Virus record (IMG/VR): IMGVR_UViG_3300031152_000003
Span: 6,438-70,437 of that record
Strand: one strand, 5' to 3'
Source: a virus
DNA: 64,000 bases
Under the pieces are notes generated by a model. The model saw nothing but the letters and a program-made list of their open reading frames with translations. It made no database searches and was not told the DNA's origin. A program made the position numbers and the translations under genes. Shown in pieces: positions 1 to 7,557 of this stretch (position 1 is the stretch's first letter; each line of letters starts with the position of its first letter).

Positions 1-348
1 CTGGAGGCCGAGTGCGCCGAGCTGGCGAAGCTGACCGCGACCTGCACCTGCCAGACATGGCCGCCCGACGGTCCAGAGCCTGGTTGCCCAGTGCACGGCG
101 CGATCCGCGCATTCAACGACGCCACCCGGGAGATCGCGGCGCTGGTCGACGCGCTCGGCGACCCGGCGCTGACGCACGACTTTGTGACGCCGGGACCGGT
201 GCCGGATGCGGACATGTGCGGGGAGCCGGTGATCGGGTCGACCCACAGTCCGCGGACTCCGCGGATGCTGCCCTGCTGCGAACCGCTCGCTCATCCGGTC
301 CACCGCACTCCCGCTGTGGTGCGGGCAGAACTGGAGGCAGGCCGATGA
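1..348 (+). CDS. Cys-rich hypothetical protein, 5' partial (open from window edge)
   Basis: frame 1 open from nt 1 to TGA 346-348; GC3-rich; ATGA overlap with next gene. Confidence 0.45.
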   Translation: MEAECAELAKLTATCTCQTWPPDGPEPGCPVHGAIRAFNDATREIAALVDALGDPALTHDFVTPGPVPDADMCGEPVIGSTHSPRTPRMLPCCEPLAHPVHRTPAVVRAELEAGR

Positions 349-614
349 CCGGCGCTGAACTGATCACCCAGGAACGCCGACGCCAGATCGACGTCAAGGG
401 CCGGACCGTCGAGCACGACGACCACCACCGGGACGGCGAACTCCTCGCCGCCGCGCTGGTCTACGCCGACCCGTCGGTCTCCGCGATGGAGTGGCCGTGG
501 GAGGTACCACCCTGGAGCCGGGGCGATGACCGGATCCGGGACCTGACCAAGGCGGGCGCGCTCATCGCCGCCGAGATCGACCGGCTACAGCGGGCGCAAC
601 TGGAGACCCGGTGA
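345..614 (+). CDS. hypothetical protein (~89 aa), His/Asp-rich motif HDDHHRDGE
   Basis: internal ATG of listed ORF 12..614; GC3 very high from 345; upstream part of ORF looks non-coding. Confidence 0.5.
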   Translation: MTGAELITQERRRQIDVKGRTVEHDDHHRDGELLAAALVYADPSVSAMEWPWEVPPWSRGDDRIRDLTKAGALIAAEIDRLQRAQLETR

Positions 615-826
615 CCCTTCACCGGATCGCCACGATCGTCCGCGCCCGGTACATGTCCGGCGCATACACCGACGCACGGCTCGAACTGTCCCCCGCCGCC
701 TGGCGGGCCTGCCGGCAGTTCTTCGCACCGTCCCAGCCCCCTGGGCCGGCCTACTTCGGTGGGCTGGTCGGGGAGCTGGTCGGGATCCCGGTCGTGGAGA
801 ACCCCAGGCTCCCGGACGGCGGGTGA
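611..826 (+). CDS. hypothetical protein (71 aa)
   Basis: GTG start in GTGA overlap with upstream stop; high GC3. Confidence 0.45.
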   Translation: MTLHRIATIVRARYMSGAYTDARLELSPAAWRACRQFFAPSQPPGPAYFGGLVGELVGIPVVENPRLPDGG

Positions 827-896
827 CAGTTGCTCGTTGCCGGCGGCGTGGTGGAGACGGGAACGATCGCCCCCGGTCCGCCCGAGTAAGCACTGC

Positions 897-931
897 GGCC
901 CGGGCTGGCGGTCACCCCACCGGCCCGGGCC
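897..931 (+). terminator. GC-rich hairpin (9-bp stem GGCCCGGGC/GCCCGGGCC, ~16-nt loop)
   Basis: perfect inverted repeat read in sequence between two + genes. Confidence 0.3.
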
Positions 932-963
932 TGGCCCCTCAACTCCGCAGAGAGCGAGGACCC

Positions 964-1497
964 ATGAAGACCATAACCACCCTGCTGCTCACCCTGACCG
1001 CCGCCGCCGTAGCTGCCAGCTCGGCCGGCTGCGACTTCCAGAACGCCCCCGCCGCCGCCCCTGCGGTCGCCGTAGCCGGCCCGGCGCAGGCCGTGTACGT
1101 CGAGGACCACACCGGCCCGGAGTGGCCCGTCAGAGAAGCCGCCGCGCAGTGGCGCCGCGCGGTGAAGGGTCTCGACCTGCGGTACGGCAAGTGCCCGGCC
1201 AAGTCGACGTGCATCCGGGTCCGTGAATGCACCGACGCGGAGGCGGCGGCCAGCGTCAAGGGCGACTCGATGGCCGTCGGCAGGACCGCGGCGAAGGACG
1301 GGTACGCGGACGTGTGCCTGGGGACCGGTCTCGACGACACCTACGAGGGCGACCTCGGGATGACGATCACCTGCCACGAGCTCGGCCACGGCCTCGGGCT
1401 GGGGCACAACGCCGACAAGGACTCGTGCATGGCCCCGGATGCGGAGGGCGGGTCGACGCATCCGGGGCGGCGGGACGTGGCCGCGCTCACCCCGTAG
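964..1497 (+). CDS. secreted lipoprotein zinc metalloprotease, snapalysin/metzincin-like
   Basis: signal peptide with lipobox ...AASSAGC; HELGHGLGLGH = HExxHxxGxxH metzincin motif; GAGGA RBS before ATG 964. Confidence 0.7.
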   Translation: MKTITTLLLTLTAAAVAASSAGCDFQNAPAAAPAVAVAGPAQAVYVEDHTGPEWPVREAAAQWRRAVKGLDLRYGKCPAKSTCIRVRECTDAEAAASVKGDSMAVGRTAAKDGYADVCLGTGLDDTYEGDLGMTITCHELGHGLGLGHNADKDSCMAPDAEGGSTHPGRRDVAALTP

Positions 1498-1569
1498 CCC
1501 TTGCCAGTCCGGTCCGGCCGGACTAATATCAGTGGTGTCAGGAACACGACACCACGAGGGGAAACCGAG

Positions 1570-1821
1570 ATGGCCGAGAAGACCTACACCGTCACAATGC
1601 CCGCCGCGCAGGCGGATTATCTACTCGACTCCGCGCCCTTCTGGGGCGTCGGGCTCATGGCCTCTCCGGTCACCGACGGACGACGCAGCCTCCAGTTCGG
1701 GCAGCAAACCTACGACACGCTGTCCGCGCTCCCCGACGACTACGACGGCACGATCGTCGCCGACTCGATGTGGATCGCTGGTGAGGACTGGGCGATCCTG
1801 GCCACGGAACCGACCCGATGA
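1570..1821 (+). CDS. hypothetical protein (83 aa)
   Basis: ATG 1570 preceded by GGGGAAACCGAG RBS; high GC3. Confidence 0.5.
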   Translation: MAEKTYTVTMPAAQADYLLDSAPFWGVGLMASPVTDGRRSLQFGQQTYDTLSALPDDYDGTIVADSMWIAGEDWAILATEPTR

Positions 1822-2114
1822 CCAGCATGCTGGAGACCAAGGGCGCCGACTACGTCGCGGCCTGGCCAGACCGGATCGCCACACAGGTCGACTGCCCCGT
1901 CGAGACGGTCCTCGCCGCAGTCGAGACCAACGCCCCCGGCGCGAGCATCGCCGACCTGCGGCCCGATCAGGCCCGCCTCGTGGTGGCCACGGCCAAGTAC
2001 CAGTGGCTCATCACGCGGATCGCCCGGGGTGACCTGATCGAGGACGTGACCAAGTGCCGGGGCTGCGGCCTGCGGCTGCCCGAGCCGTACGGCGACTGCC
2101 GGGAATGCTGCTGA
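1818..2114 (+). CDS. hypothetical protein with C-terminal CxxC...CxxCC zinc-ribbon motif
   Basis: ATGA overlap with upstream stop; CRGCG...CRECC at C-terminus. Confidence 0.5.
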   Translation: MTSMLETKGADYVAAWPDRIATQVDCPVETVLAAVETNAPGASIADLRPDQARLVVATAKYQWLITRIARGDLIEDVTKCRGCGLRLPEPYGDCRECC

Positions 2115-2341
2115 TGACCGGCCCCATCCTGGATCGGCAAGCTGTCGCGGACCGGCTCCGGATCAAACCCGACTCCGTCACCCGCTACGTGAACCGCGGG
2201 CAGTGCCCCGAGCCGGACGGGAAGGTCGGGCGAGCGCCGTGGTGGTACGAGGCCACGATCGATGCGTGGATCGCCGCACGGCCGGGCCACGGCGGACGGC
2301 CCCGGAAGGTCCAAGCCCCGCTGCAGCCGGCGCCCGACTAA
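2114..2341 (+). CDS. small HTH DNA-binding protein, excisionase/MerR-like
   Basis: ATG 2114 in TGATG overlap; helix-turn-helix-like segment LRIKPDSVTRYVNRG; Trp-rich C-terminus typical of Xis-like proteins. Confidence 0.5.
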   Translation: MTGPILDRQAVADRLRIKPDSVTRYVNRGQCPEPDGKVGRAPWWYEATIDAWIAARPGHGGRPRKVQAPLQPAPD

Positions 2342-2363
2342 CCAAGCGGGAGCCAGGCTTGCT

Positions 2364-2442
2364 TGCAGGTCAGAGGCCCGGGAATTTTCAGCCGTCATCC
2401 CTACCCGGCACGCGGGGATTCACTGAAACGTGCAGGTCAGAG
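2364..2442. repeat. 12-bp direct repeat TGCAGGTCAGAG x2 flanking ~55 bp of intergenic DNA
   Basis: copies at 2364-2375 and 2431-2442 in the only sizeable noncoding gap of the left arm. Confidence 0.3.
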
Positions 2443-2452
2443 CTTTGTGCCC

Positions 2453-2959
2453 TCAGACCCGGCGGCGGTCGTCCAGCCACTGATCCAGATCGCCCGGGCT
2501 CACGTCCCCCGGCGCCTTCCCCGGGCACAGGTCCACCCCGACCCGCCGGTAAGCCCACACAACCAGCTCGCTACAGATGAGCTTCTGGTCGGCGTGGTCC
2601 CCCGACCGCCCCCGGATCTTCGCCCCCCAAAACCGGGCCACAAAGCCGAGGATCGACGGCCAGTCATACCGCAGCCCGATCGTCGTCCGGGCGTAGTCGA
2701 CGATCTGTTCGGCCTGCGACGCGGTCAGGTCGACGTCGGACCACACGAACTCGCCCAGGTCGGCGAGACGGCGGCGGCAGCCGGTCGGCATGGGTTCGAT
2801 GACCCAGGCCCGGCCGCCCGCGTCGATGGCCTCGCAGATCGCGGCGTGGCCATAGCGGGAGAACGTGCCGAAGCGGACGACGGCCATCAGGGCGCCGCCG
2901 CCCTTGGCGAGGCCGAAGTCGCCTGCCCTGGGTGGCCGTGCGGGGCGGGTGCTGGTCAT
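2453..2959 (-). CDS. circularly permuted NlpC/P60-superfamily (YaeF/YiiX-like) papain-fold peptidase/amidase, possible lysis accessory
   Basis: His before Cys; Cys motif LICSELVVWAY resembles NlpC/P60 catalytic Cys box; ATGA coupling to DUF4352 gene. Confidence 0.5.
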   Translation of the reverse strand: MTSTRPARPPRAGDFGLAKGGGALMAVVRFGTFSRYGHAAICEAIDAGGRAWVIEPMPTGCRRRLADLGEFVWSDVDLTASQAEQIVDYARTTIGLRYDWPSILGFVARFWGAKIRGRSGDHADQKLICSELVVWAYRRVGVDLCPGKAPGDVSPGDLDQWLDDRRRV

Positions 2960-3612
2960 GACAGCGCGATCGTGACGCCGCCGGACAGCGGCGAGTCGTG
3001 CAGCTCCACCCCGGTCAGCGCCGCCGCCTTCGGCACGTCGAACACCAGCACGGCCACGATGCTGTTCCCGGGGTTGATGTCGTTCAGGAACGTCTCCCCG
3101 TTGTCGTTCGCGTACATCGACGCCGTCGAGTCCGCGTCGAACGTCCGCCCGGCGGCGTCGGTGGCGTGCTGCGAGGAGGCGTCGAACGTGCCGGCGTCCG
3201 CGCCGACGTTGGTGACCTTGACGGTGATCAGGCAGAACTGGCCCTGGGCCTTCTGCTCGAGGAGTTCCGGGCCGACGCGGGTGACGCCGCAGCGGGTCTT
3301 CTGGACGACGAACTCGTACTGGCCGTCGCGGGCGGGCTGGCCGAGCCGCGGTGTCCGCTCGGTCGCGGGCGTCGCGGGCGGTGGCTTCTCCCCGGGCACG
3401 GTCTCGGCGAGGTCGGTCGACGTCGTGGCCGCGGCGGTCGTAGTGCCGGTCGGGGCGGGGTCGGGGGCGAACAGGCCGCCGATGATGCCGAGCGCGACGA
3501 CCACACCGATGCCGGTGAGGATCTTGTGGCGGGCGGGCCAGGACCGTTTCGGCGGCGGGGGTGGCTGCCAGCCGGGCGGCGGGTAGGCGTACGGCGGTGG
3601 CTGGCCGTGCAT
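2956..3612 (-). CDS. DUF4352-domain membrane-anchored protein with Pro-rich N-terminus
   Basis: PPPYAYPPPGWQPPPPP then TM helix IGVVVALGIIGG then beta-rich domain; internal ATG 3612 with ATGA overlap chosen as start. Confidence 0.6.
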   Translation of the reverse strand: MHGQPPPYAYPPPGWQPPPPPKRSWPARHKILTGIGVVVALGIIGGLFAPDPAPTGTTTAAATTSTDLAETVPGEKPPPATPATERTPRLGQPARDGQYEFVVQKTRCGVTRVGPELLEQKAQGQFCLITVKVTNVGADAGTFDASSQHATDAAGRTFDADSTASMYANDNGETFLNDINPGNSIVAVLVFDVPKAAALTGVELHDSPLSGGVTIALS

Positions 3613-3857
3613 CAGACCCGCTCCGGCCAGTGCCAGGTCCCGCCGGCCTTGCCCGCCTCGTCCTGCGGGATGTCGGCGTCGAAGAACAGGCCGGTCGGGT
3701 TCAGCACGGCCAGCCCGACCCACTCGGCCCCGTCAGTCCCGACCCGTCCGGTCTGTGTCACCACTGCGGCGCGGCACTCGCTGGCGAACCGGCCGTCAGC
3801 CGAGCCGAGCGACCGGTAGTGCACGATCCGGCCGACGGTCGGCACCTGTGCGGACAT
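3612..3857 (-). CDS. hypothetical protein (81 aa)
   Basis: ATG 3857 in ATGA overlap; 5' part of listed ORF 3612..4154 is Arg-rich and non-coding-like. Confidence 0.4.
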   Translation of the reverse strand: MSAQVPTVGRIVHYRSLGSADGRFASECRAAVVTQTGRVGTDGAEWVGLAVLNPTGLFFDADIPQDEAGKAGGTWHWPERV

Positions 3858-4090
3858 CAGACGCCCGGTGCCAGCGACGCGGAGTCCTTGTTCCCCGACA
3901 CCCGCGCGAGCCACCCCTTGACCACGGCGGCACCGGCGGCGATCGGCACCGCGAGCCACGCCGGCCAGTCCGCGGACTCCACGATCACGTACGCGATCCC
4001 GGTCTGCGCCGCGGTCGCGGCGGTGCGTTCGAACAGGTCCCATGCGTATCGGCCGGCACGCGTGGCCCGGCCGCCATCGTTGAACGTCAC
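3857..4090 (-). CDS. small membrane protein, holin candidate
   Basis: hydrophobic stretch IAYVIVESADWPAWLAVPIAAGAAVV; sits between endolysin and accessory lysis genes. Confidence 0.4.
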   Translation of the reverse strand: MTFNDGGRATRAGRYAWDLFERTAATAAQTGIAYVIVESADWPAWLAVPIAAGAAVVKGWLARVSGNKDSASLAPGV

Positions 4091-4269
4091 AGCTGCTCCC
4101 TGTCGGTCGAGTGGGCTTCACGTACCGCGGCGAGGAGAGCATCCCGGACCGCATCAGGCGCCGTCGCGTTGCCGGCCGGGATCCGCACGGACAGCACCCG
4201 CCCGGCCGCTCGGGGTGTCGCCACGGCGGCCATCCGGACCGTGACGGCCCGGCCTACCTGCCGGATCAC
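4087..4269 (-). CDS. small hypothetical protein (60 aa)
   Basis: ATGA overlaps at both ends. Confidence 0.3.
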   Translation of the reverse strand: MIRQVGRAVTVRMAAVATPRAAGRVLSVRIPAGNATAPDAVRDALLAAVREAHSTDREQL

Positions 4270-5279
4270 GCCAACCCCCCGGGCGGCACGGGCGGCTTGG
4301 CCGTGCCGCGGTCCAACGCGTCACGCAGGGCGGCGACGAACGCCTGCGGGTCGTTGTTGTCCACCGCCGGGTCCACGATGACCTGCTGCACCGCGGTGAT
4401 GATCCGCTGCTCGGCGCCGCCGACCGCGCCGAGAACCTTCGCCTCGTCGTCCGCGAGCGCCCCGACCTTCACCGCCGTGGCTGCCACGGCGGTGACGATC
4501 CCGTTCAGCTTGGTCTCGTGCCGGCCCAGCGTCGTCGCGTTCATGGCGTCGATCTTGTCTTCCACGCGGCCCATCGTCTCAGCGTTCATCCTGCCGAGGA
4601 GGGTCTCTATCCGTTCGATCGCGGCCGAGTCGGCAGCGCTCATGTCGTCCTCCGGTTGCAGCCAGTCGTGCAGGACCCGGGAGTAGTCGCAGCCCCCGGT
4701 GACGCCGGGGACGGTGGCCTTGTCGGTGGACTGGCGGGCGACGACCTGCGGCCGGGTCCAGCCGTTCGGCAGTTCGATGGCGCCGTCAGCCTGGCCCGGG
4801 GTGTAGTCGGACAGCCACAGCCACCGCCAGCCGGGCGGGAAGATCGCCGCAGTCACGCCGTGCGGGTCGGCGTACCACTTCCCGGTGTACACCTGCCCGG
4901 TCGCCTGGCCGGCGGTGACGGCGGCGGCGGTGAACGCCCGCGCGCAGGGCGCAGCACCAGCCGGGGTGTTGGTGTCCTCGACGTCGACGCACAGCCAGTC
5001 CCCGGGCCGCAGACCGCCCGCGGCGGTGAGGCACTTCGCGAACCAGGCCCACTGCTGCGCGCCGGGCAGGTCGTTCCGGAGGAAGTGGTACGCGCCCCGG
5101 GCCAGCCGCAGCTGCCCGGCCTGCGCCCACCGGGACGCGAACATGCCGTCGAGGAACCCGGTGCCCTCGGTGGCCTTCAGCATGATCCGGTCGTGGCCGG
5201 CGGCGGCGTAGGCGGTCAGGTTGACGGCGGCCTGGTGATGAGACAGGTCGCAGTAACTCACTGTCACCTGTCCCACCAC
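4266..5279 (-). CDS. endolysin, GH25 muramidase N-terminal domain plus unknown C-terminal domain
   Basis: DLSHHQ and GAYHF motifs typical of glycoside hydrolase family 25 lysozymes. Confidence 0.75.
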   Translation of the reverse strand: MVGQVTVSYCDLSHHQAAVNLTAYAAAGHDRIMLKATEGTGFLDGMFASRWAQAGQLRLARGAYHFLRNDLPGAQQWAWFAKCLTAAGGLRPGDWLCVDVEDTNTPAGAAPCARAFTAAAVTAGQATGQVYTGKWYADPHGVTAAIFPPGWRWLWLSDYTPGQADGAIELPNGWTRPQVVARQSTDKATVPGVTGGCDYSRVLHDWLQPEDDMSAADSAAIERIETLLGRMNAETMGRVEDKIDAMNATTLGRHETKLNGIVTAVAATAVKVGALADDEAKVLGAVGGAEQRIITAVQQVIVDPAVDNNDPQAFVAALRDALDRGTAKPPVPPGGLA

Positions 5280-5569
5280 CTTCGGCGCAGATTGTCACCC
5301 GCTCGGATGGTAGCCCGTATGGGTGACGGTTCGGGGGAGGTCAGTTCCGGGACTGCCGCGGCACGTCGAGGGCCTCCTCGATCACCGCACGCTCGTCGTC
5401 CGGCACCAGGTTCAGCGTGACCGACCTCCGGCAGGCCGTCCAGCCGCTCCATCAGCACCGCCCGCTCCTCCTTCGTCATCCCGTCCCTGATGTCGTCGGG
5501 GCCGAGCGCCTCGGACAGGTCGACCGCGACCCCTTCCCAGTGAGCCTTCATGCCCTCGTACCTCGTCAT
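5264..5569 (-). pseudogene. small ORF with apparent frameshift (coding signal switches frame near 5415; alternate frame ends 5341)
   Basis: N-terminal 49 codons GC3-rich; listed tail has low GC3 whereas the adjacent frame (LNLVPDDERAVIEEALDVPRQSRN*) is GC3-rich. Confidence 0.35.
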
Positions 5570-6393
5570 CGGTGATGTCCGTTCGTCCGGTGGGGCTTGT
5601 GGGTGGGACAGGGAGCCGGCCGGTCAACGTCCCCGAGCCAACCATCGACACAGCCCTGCGGGCAGGGCGCGGCTGGCGATGCCCCGTTGCCGTTGACGTG
5701 GGGAGGCATCTCGGTCGGGGTGGCCCAGGTCTGCCAGAGCGGGATCACGGGGCCGAACTCACCGCGGTCGCCGAGGGTGGCGATGAGTCCGCCGGGGCTG
5801 GTGGCCTTCCGCTGCTCGCGGAGGTACTGCTCGATCGAGGGCCGGTCGCTCAGCGGGATGCCGTGGGCGGTGAGGACCTTGTCTGCTTTGTCGCTGTGAG
5901 GTCGAGGGGAGCTAGCTAGCTGTACTTCCTGGTCAAAGATGGTCCCGTCCTGGTTTGCAGGACGGTTGGCTCCGAAAACCCGGACGGTTGGAAGTTCACT
6001 GTCCTGCGTTCCCGGACGGTTTCTACTGTCCTGGTTTCCCGGACGGTTGGGGTTGTCCACAGAGGGTTCACCGTCCTGAAAACCCGGACGGTTGGGCGGG
6101 GGGTTCGGGACCAAGGGGACCCCGCCGATGCAGGGCACGTAGACGCTCGCGCCGCGTCGCTGACGTACCTCGACCCACCCGGCCGCGGCGGCCTTCCGGA
6201 GATGCTCGAACGCGGTCGACCTCGTGCAGCGGGCACCCTCCGCGACCCGCGCCATGCCCGGGCGGCAGTTCCGCCCGTCGGAGTCCATGAACGTCGCGAG
6301 CACGTACAGCACCGCAACCGGGCCAGACTTCAACCCGTCGTCGCCGTCCCGGATCGCAGCAAGCCACTGCTGCTGAACAGTTTGAGAACCCAC
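5566..6393 (-). CDS. wHTH + C-terminal Cys/His zinc-finger protein, replication-initiator-like, with coding-embedded iterons
   Basis: GTG 6393 with GGAG RBS; wHTH segment VLYVLATFMDSDG...RSTAFEHLRKAAAAGWVE; peptide repeats NRPGxQD x4; CPQGC...CPTHKPH. Confidence 0.6.
   Translation of the reverse strand: MGSQTVQQQWLAAIRDGDDGLKSGPVAVLYVLATFMDSDGRNCRPGMARVAEGARCTRSTAFEHLRKAAAAGWVEVRQRRGASVYVPCIGGVPLVPNPPPNRPGFQDGEPSVDNPNRPGNQDSRNRPGTQDSELPTVRVFGANRPANQDGTIFDQEVQLASSPRPHSDKADKVLTAHGIPLSDRPSIEQYLREQRKATSPGGLIATLGDRGEFGPVIPLWQTWATPTEMPPHVNGNGASPAAPCPQGCVDGWLGDVDRPAPCPTHKPHRTNGHHR
5945..6095. repeat. iteron array: 5 copies of CCGGACGGTT plus inverted CCGTCC...GGACGG pairs inside the initiator-like gene
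   Basis: CCCGGACGGTT at ~5980, 6012, 6039, 6084 and a variant at 5959; locally AT-richer than surroundings. Confidence 0.55.
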
Positions 6394-6431
6394 GCGCCGC
6401 TCCGTCCCGTACCGACATGATCGGGAACAGG

Positions 6432-6662
6432 TCAGGCAGAGCGGGCGAGCTCGCCGGCCATGCGGTCGAGCAGGGCGGCCCACTCTTCCAGGCGCCGACC
6501 GGCGGGGCCACCGGCACCGTTCTCCCATCGCACGATGCTGGTCTCGTGGACGCCCAGCTCTTGGGCCATCCGCGAGCGGGACCAGCCGAACTGCTCGCGG
6601 ATGGCGCGGGCGTGCGTCGGGTCGGGCCGGGTCGGGCTGATCATCTGAACATGCTCAAGCAT
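6432..6662 (-). CDS. XRE-family HTH transcriptional regulator (Cro/CI-like repressor)
   Basis: IREQFGWSRSRMAQELGVHETSIVRWENG is a canonical HTH_XRE motif. Confidence 0.8.
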   Translation of the reverse strand: MLEHVQMISPTRPDPTHARAIREQFGWSRSRMAQELGVHETSIVRWENGAGGPAGRRLEEWAALLDRMAGELARSA

Positions 6663-6700
6663 GCGATCACTGTACTATGTGCTTATGCATTCAGGTACAC
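6650..6700. promoter_or_regulatory. divergent promoter/operator region: palindrome CATGCTCAAGCATG and TGTAC-N19-GTACA
   Basis: AT-rich island between divergent XRE and GIY-YIG genes; palindromes read directly. Confidence 0.35.
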
Positions 6701-7284
6701 GGGCGGTCGGCCAGGAGCCGTTTCTCGCGGAGTGCTCCGCGACGCTGCAGCACATCGCCCACCTCCGCGCGAAGCGGGAAAGGCTCCTCCAACTCCAACA
6801 CGAAGCGGAGGAGCAGGTCTTCCACCGCATCGGGGTCGCGTACGAGACCGGCCGGATCGACATGGTCGAGTTGGCCCAACTCTGGGACGCCTGCCGCCAG
6901 GCGGTCGACACCGGCTACACCCGGCGCTGGAAGAAGGCCGTCCCTGTCGGTGTGAGCACCCTGTTGCACGCCCTCAACAACCCGGAGCGATACCGGCCTG
7001 AACCTGACGGCGTGTGGCGGGGAGAGAACCCCCGGATCGACGACCGATGCACCCCACTCGCGGGCACGGCCGTCGTGTACGTCCTGTACGACGACCGGAA
7101 CGAGCCCTGCTATGTCGGCAGCACGGGGAACCTCAGGTCTCGCCTCCGACAGCACGCCGCAGAAGGGAAGCAGTACGAGCGATGGATGGCCTACGCCTGT
7201 CGGGACCGCGAGCATGCGTACGAGAAGGAGATCGAGATGCAGAGCCAGTTCCTGCCGTACCTGAACCGCAGGAAGGGCCGCTGA
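6685..7284 (+). CDS. GIY-YIG nuclease-domain protein (C-terminal GIY-YIG, N-terminal unknown domain)
   Basis: VVYVLYD...CYVGSTGNLRSRLRQH...E...N matches GIY-YIG signature; ATG 6685 chosen because first 24 nt of ORF are AT-rich promoter-like. Confidence 0.65.
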   Translation: MHSGTRAVGQEPFLAECSATLQHIAHLRAKRERLLQLQHEAEEQVFHRIGVAYETGRIDMVELAQLWDACRQAVDTGYTRRWKKAVPVGVSTLLHALNNPERYRPEPDGVWRGENPRIDDRCTPLAGTAVVYVLYDDRNEPCYVGSTGNLRSRLRQHAAEGKQYERWMAYACRDREHAYEKEIEMQSQFLPYLNRRKGR

Positions 7285-7301
7285 ACCCGCCCGGACACGG
7301 T

Positions 7302-7332
7302 GAAGCCCCGGCGACGGAGGCACCGGGGCTTC
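7302..7332. terminator. bidirectional GC hairpin (10-bp perfect stem GAAGCCCCGG/CCGGGGCTTC, 11-nt loop) between convergent genes
   Basis: perfect inverted repeat; no U-tract, as is common at high GC. Confidence 0.45.
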
Positions 7333-7557
7333 AACGCGGCGAACCAGGATGATCGGGCAGCCCCAACGCTACCCCCGCGCTACGTCACAAGCGACCCCGG
7401 CCGCACGTTCACCGTCACCTCCGGCACCGTCGGGTTGGCGGTGAACCAGTCCACGATCACCTGACCCACCAGGGCCGCGTCCCCGTCGTCGACCACCACC
7501 GGCTTGTCACTCGCCACCGTCACCAACAGAACACCCGACGTCGCCATGCGCGCACCC

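Noticed and set aside
12-614. 200-aa listed ORF
   Set aside because: Coding signal starts only at the internal ATG 345. The upstream part overlaps the GC3-rich gene ending at 348 in another frame.
2380-2450. GGGGATTCA segment as possible tRNA 3' fragment or att core
   Set aside because: No match to the T-arm consensus and no cloverleaf. Only the 12-bp direct repeats are reported.
5945-6095. Tandem repeats as a possible CRISPR array (same for 58681..58800)
   Set aside because: Repeats are short (10-19 bp), irregularly spaced, lie in-frame inside a protein-coding gene and no cas genes are present. Interpreted as iterons.
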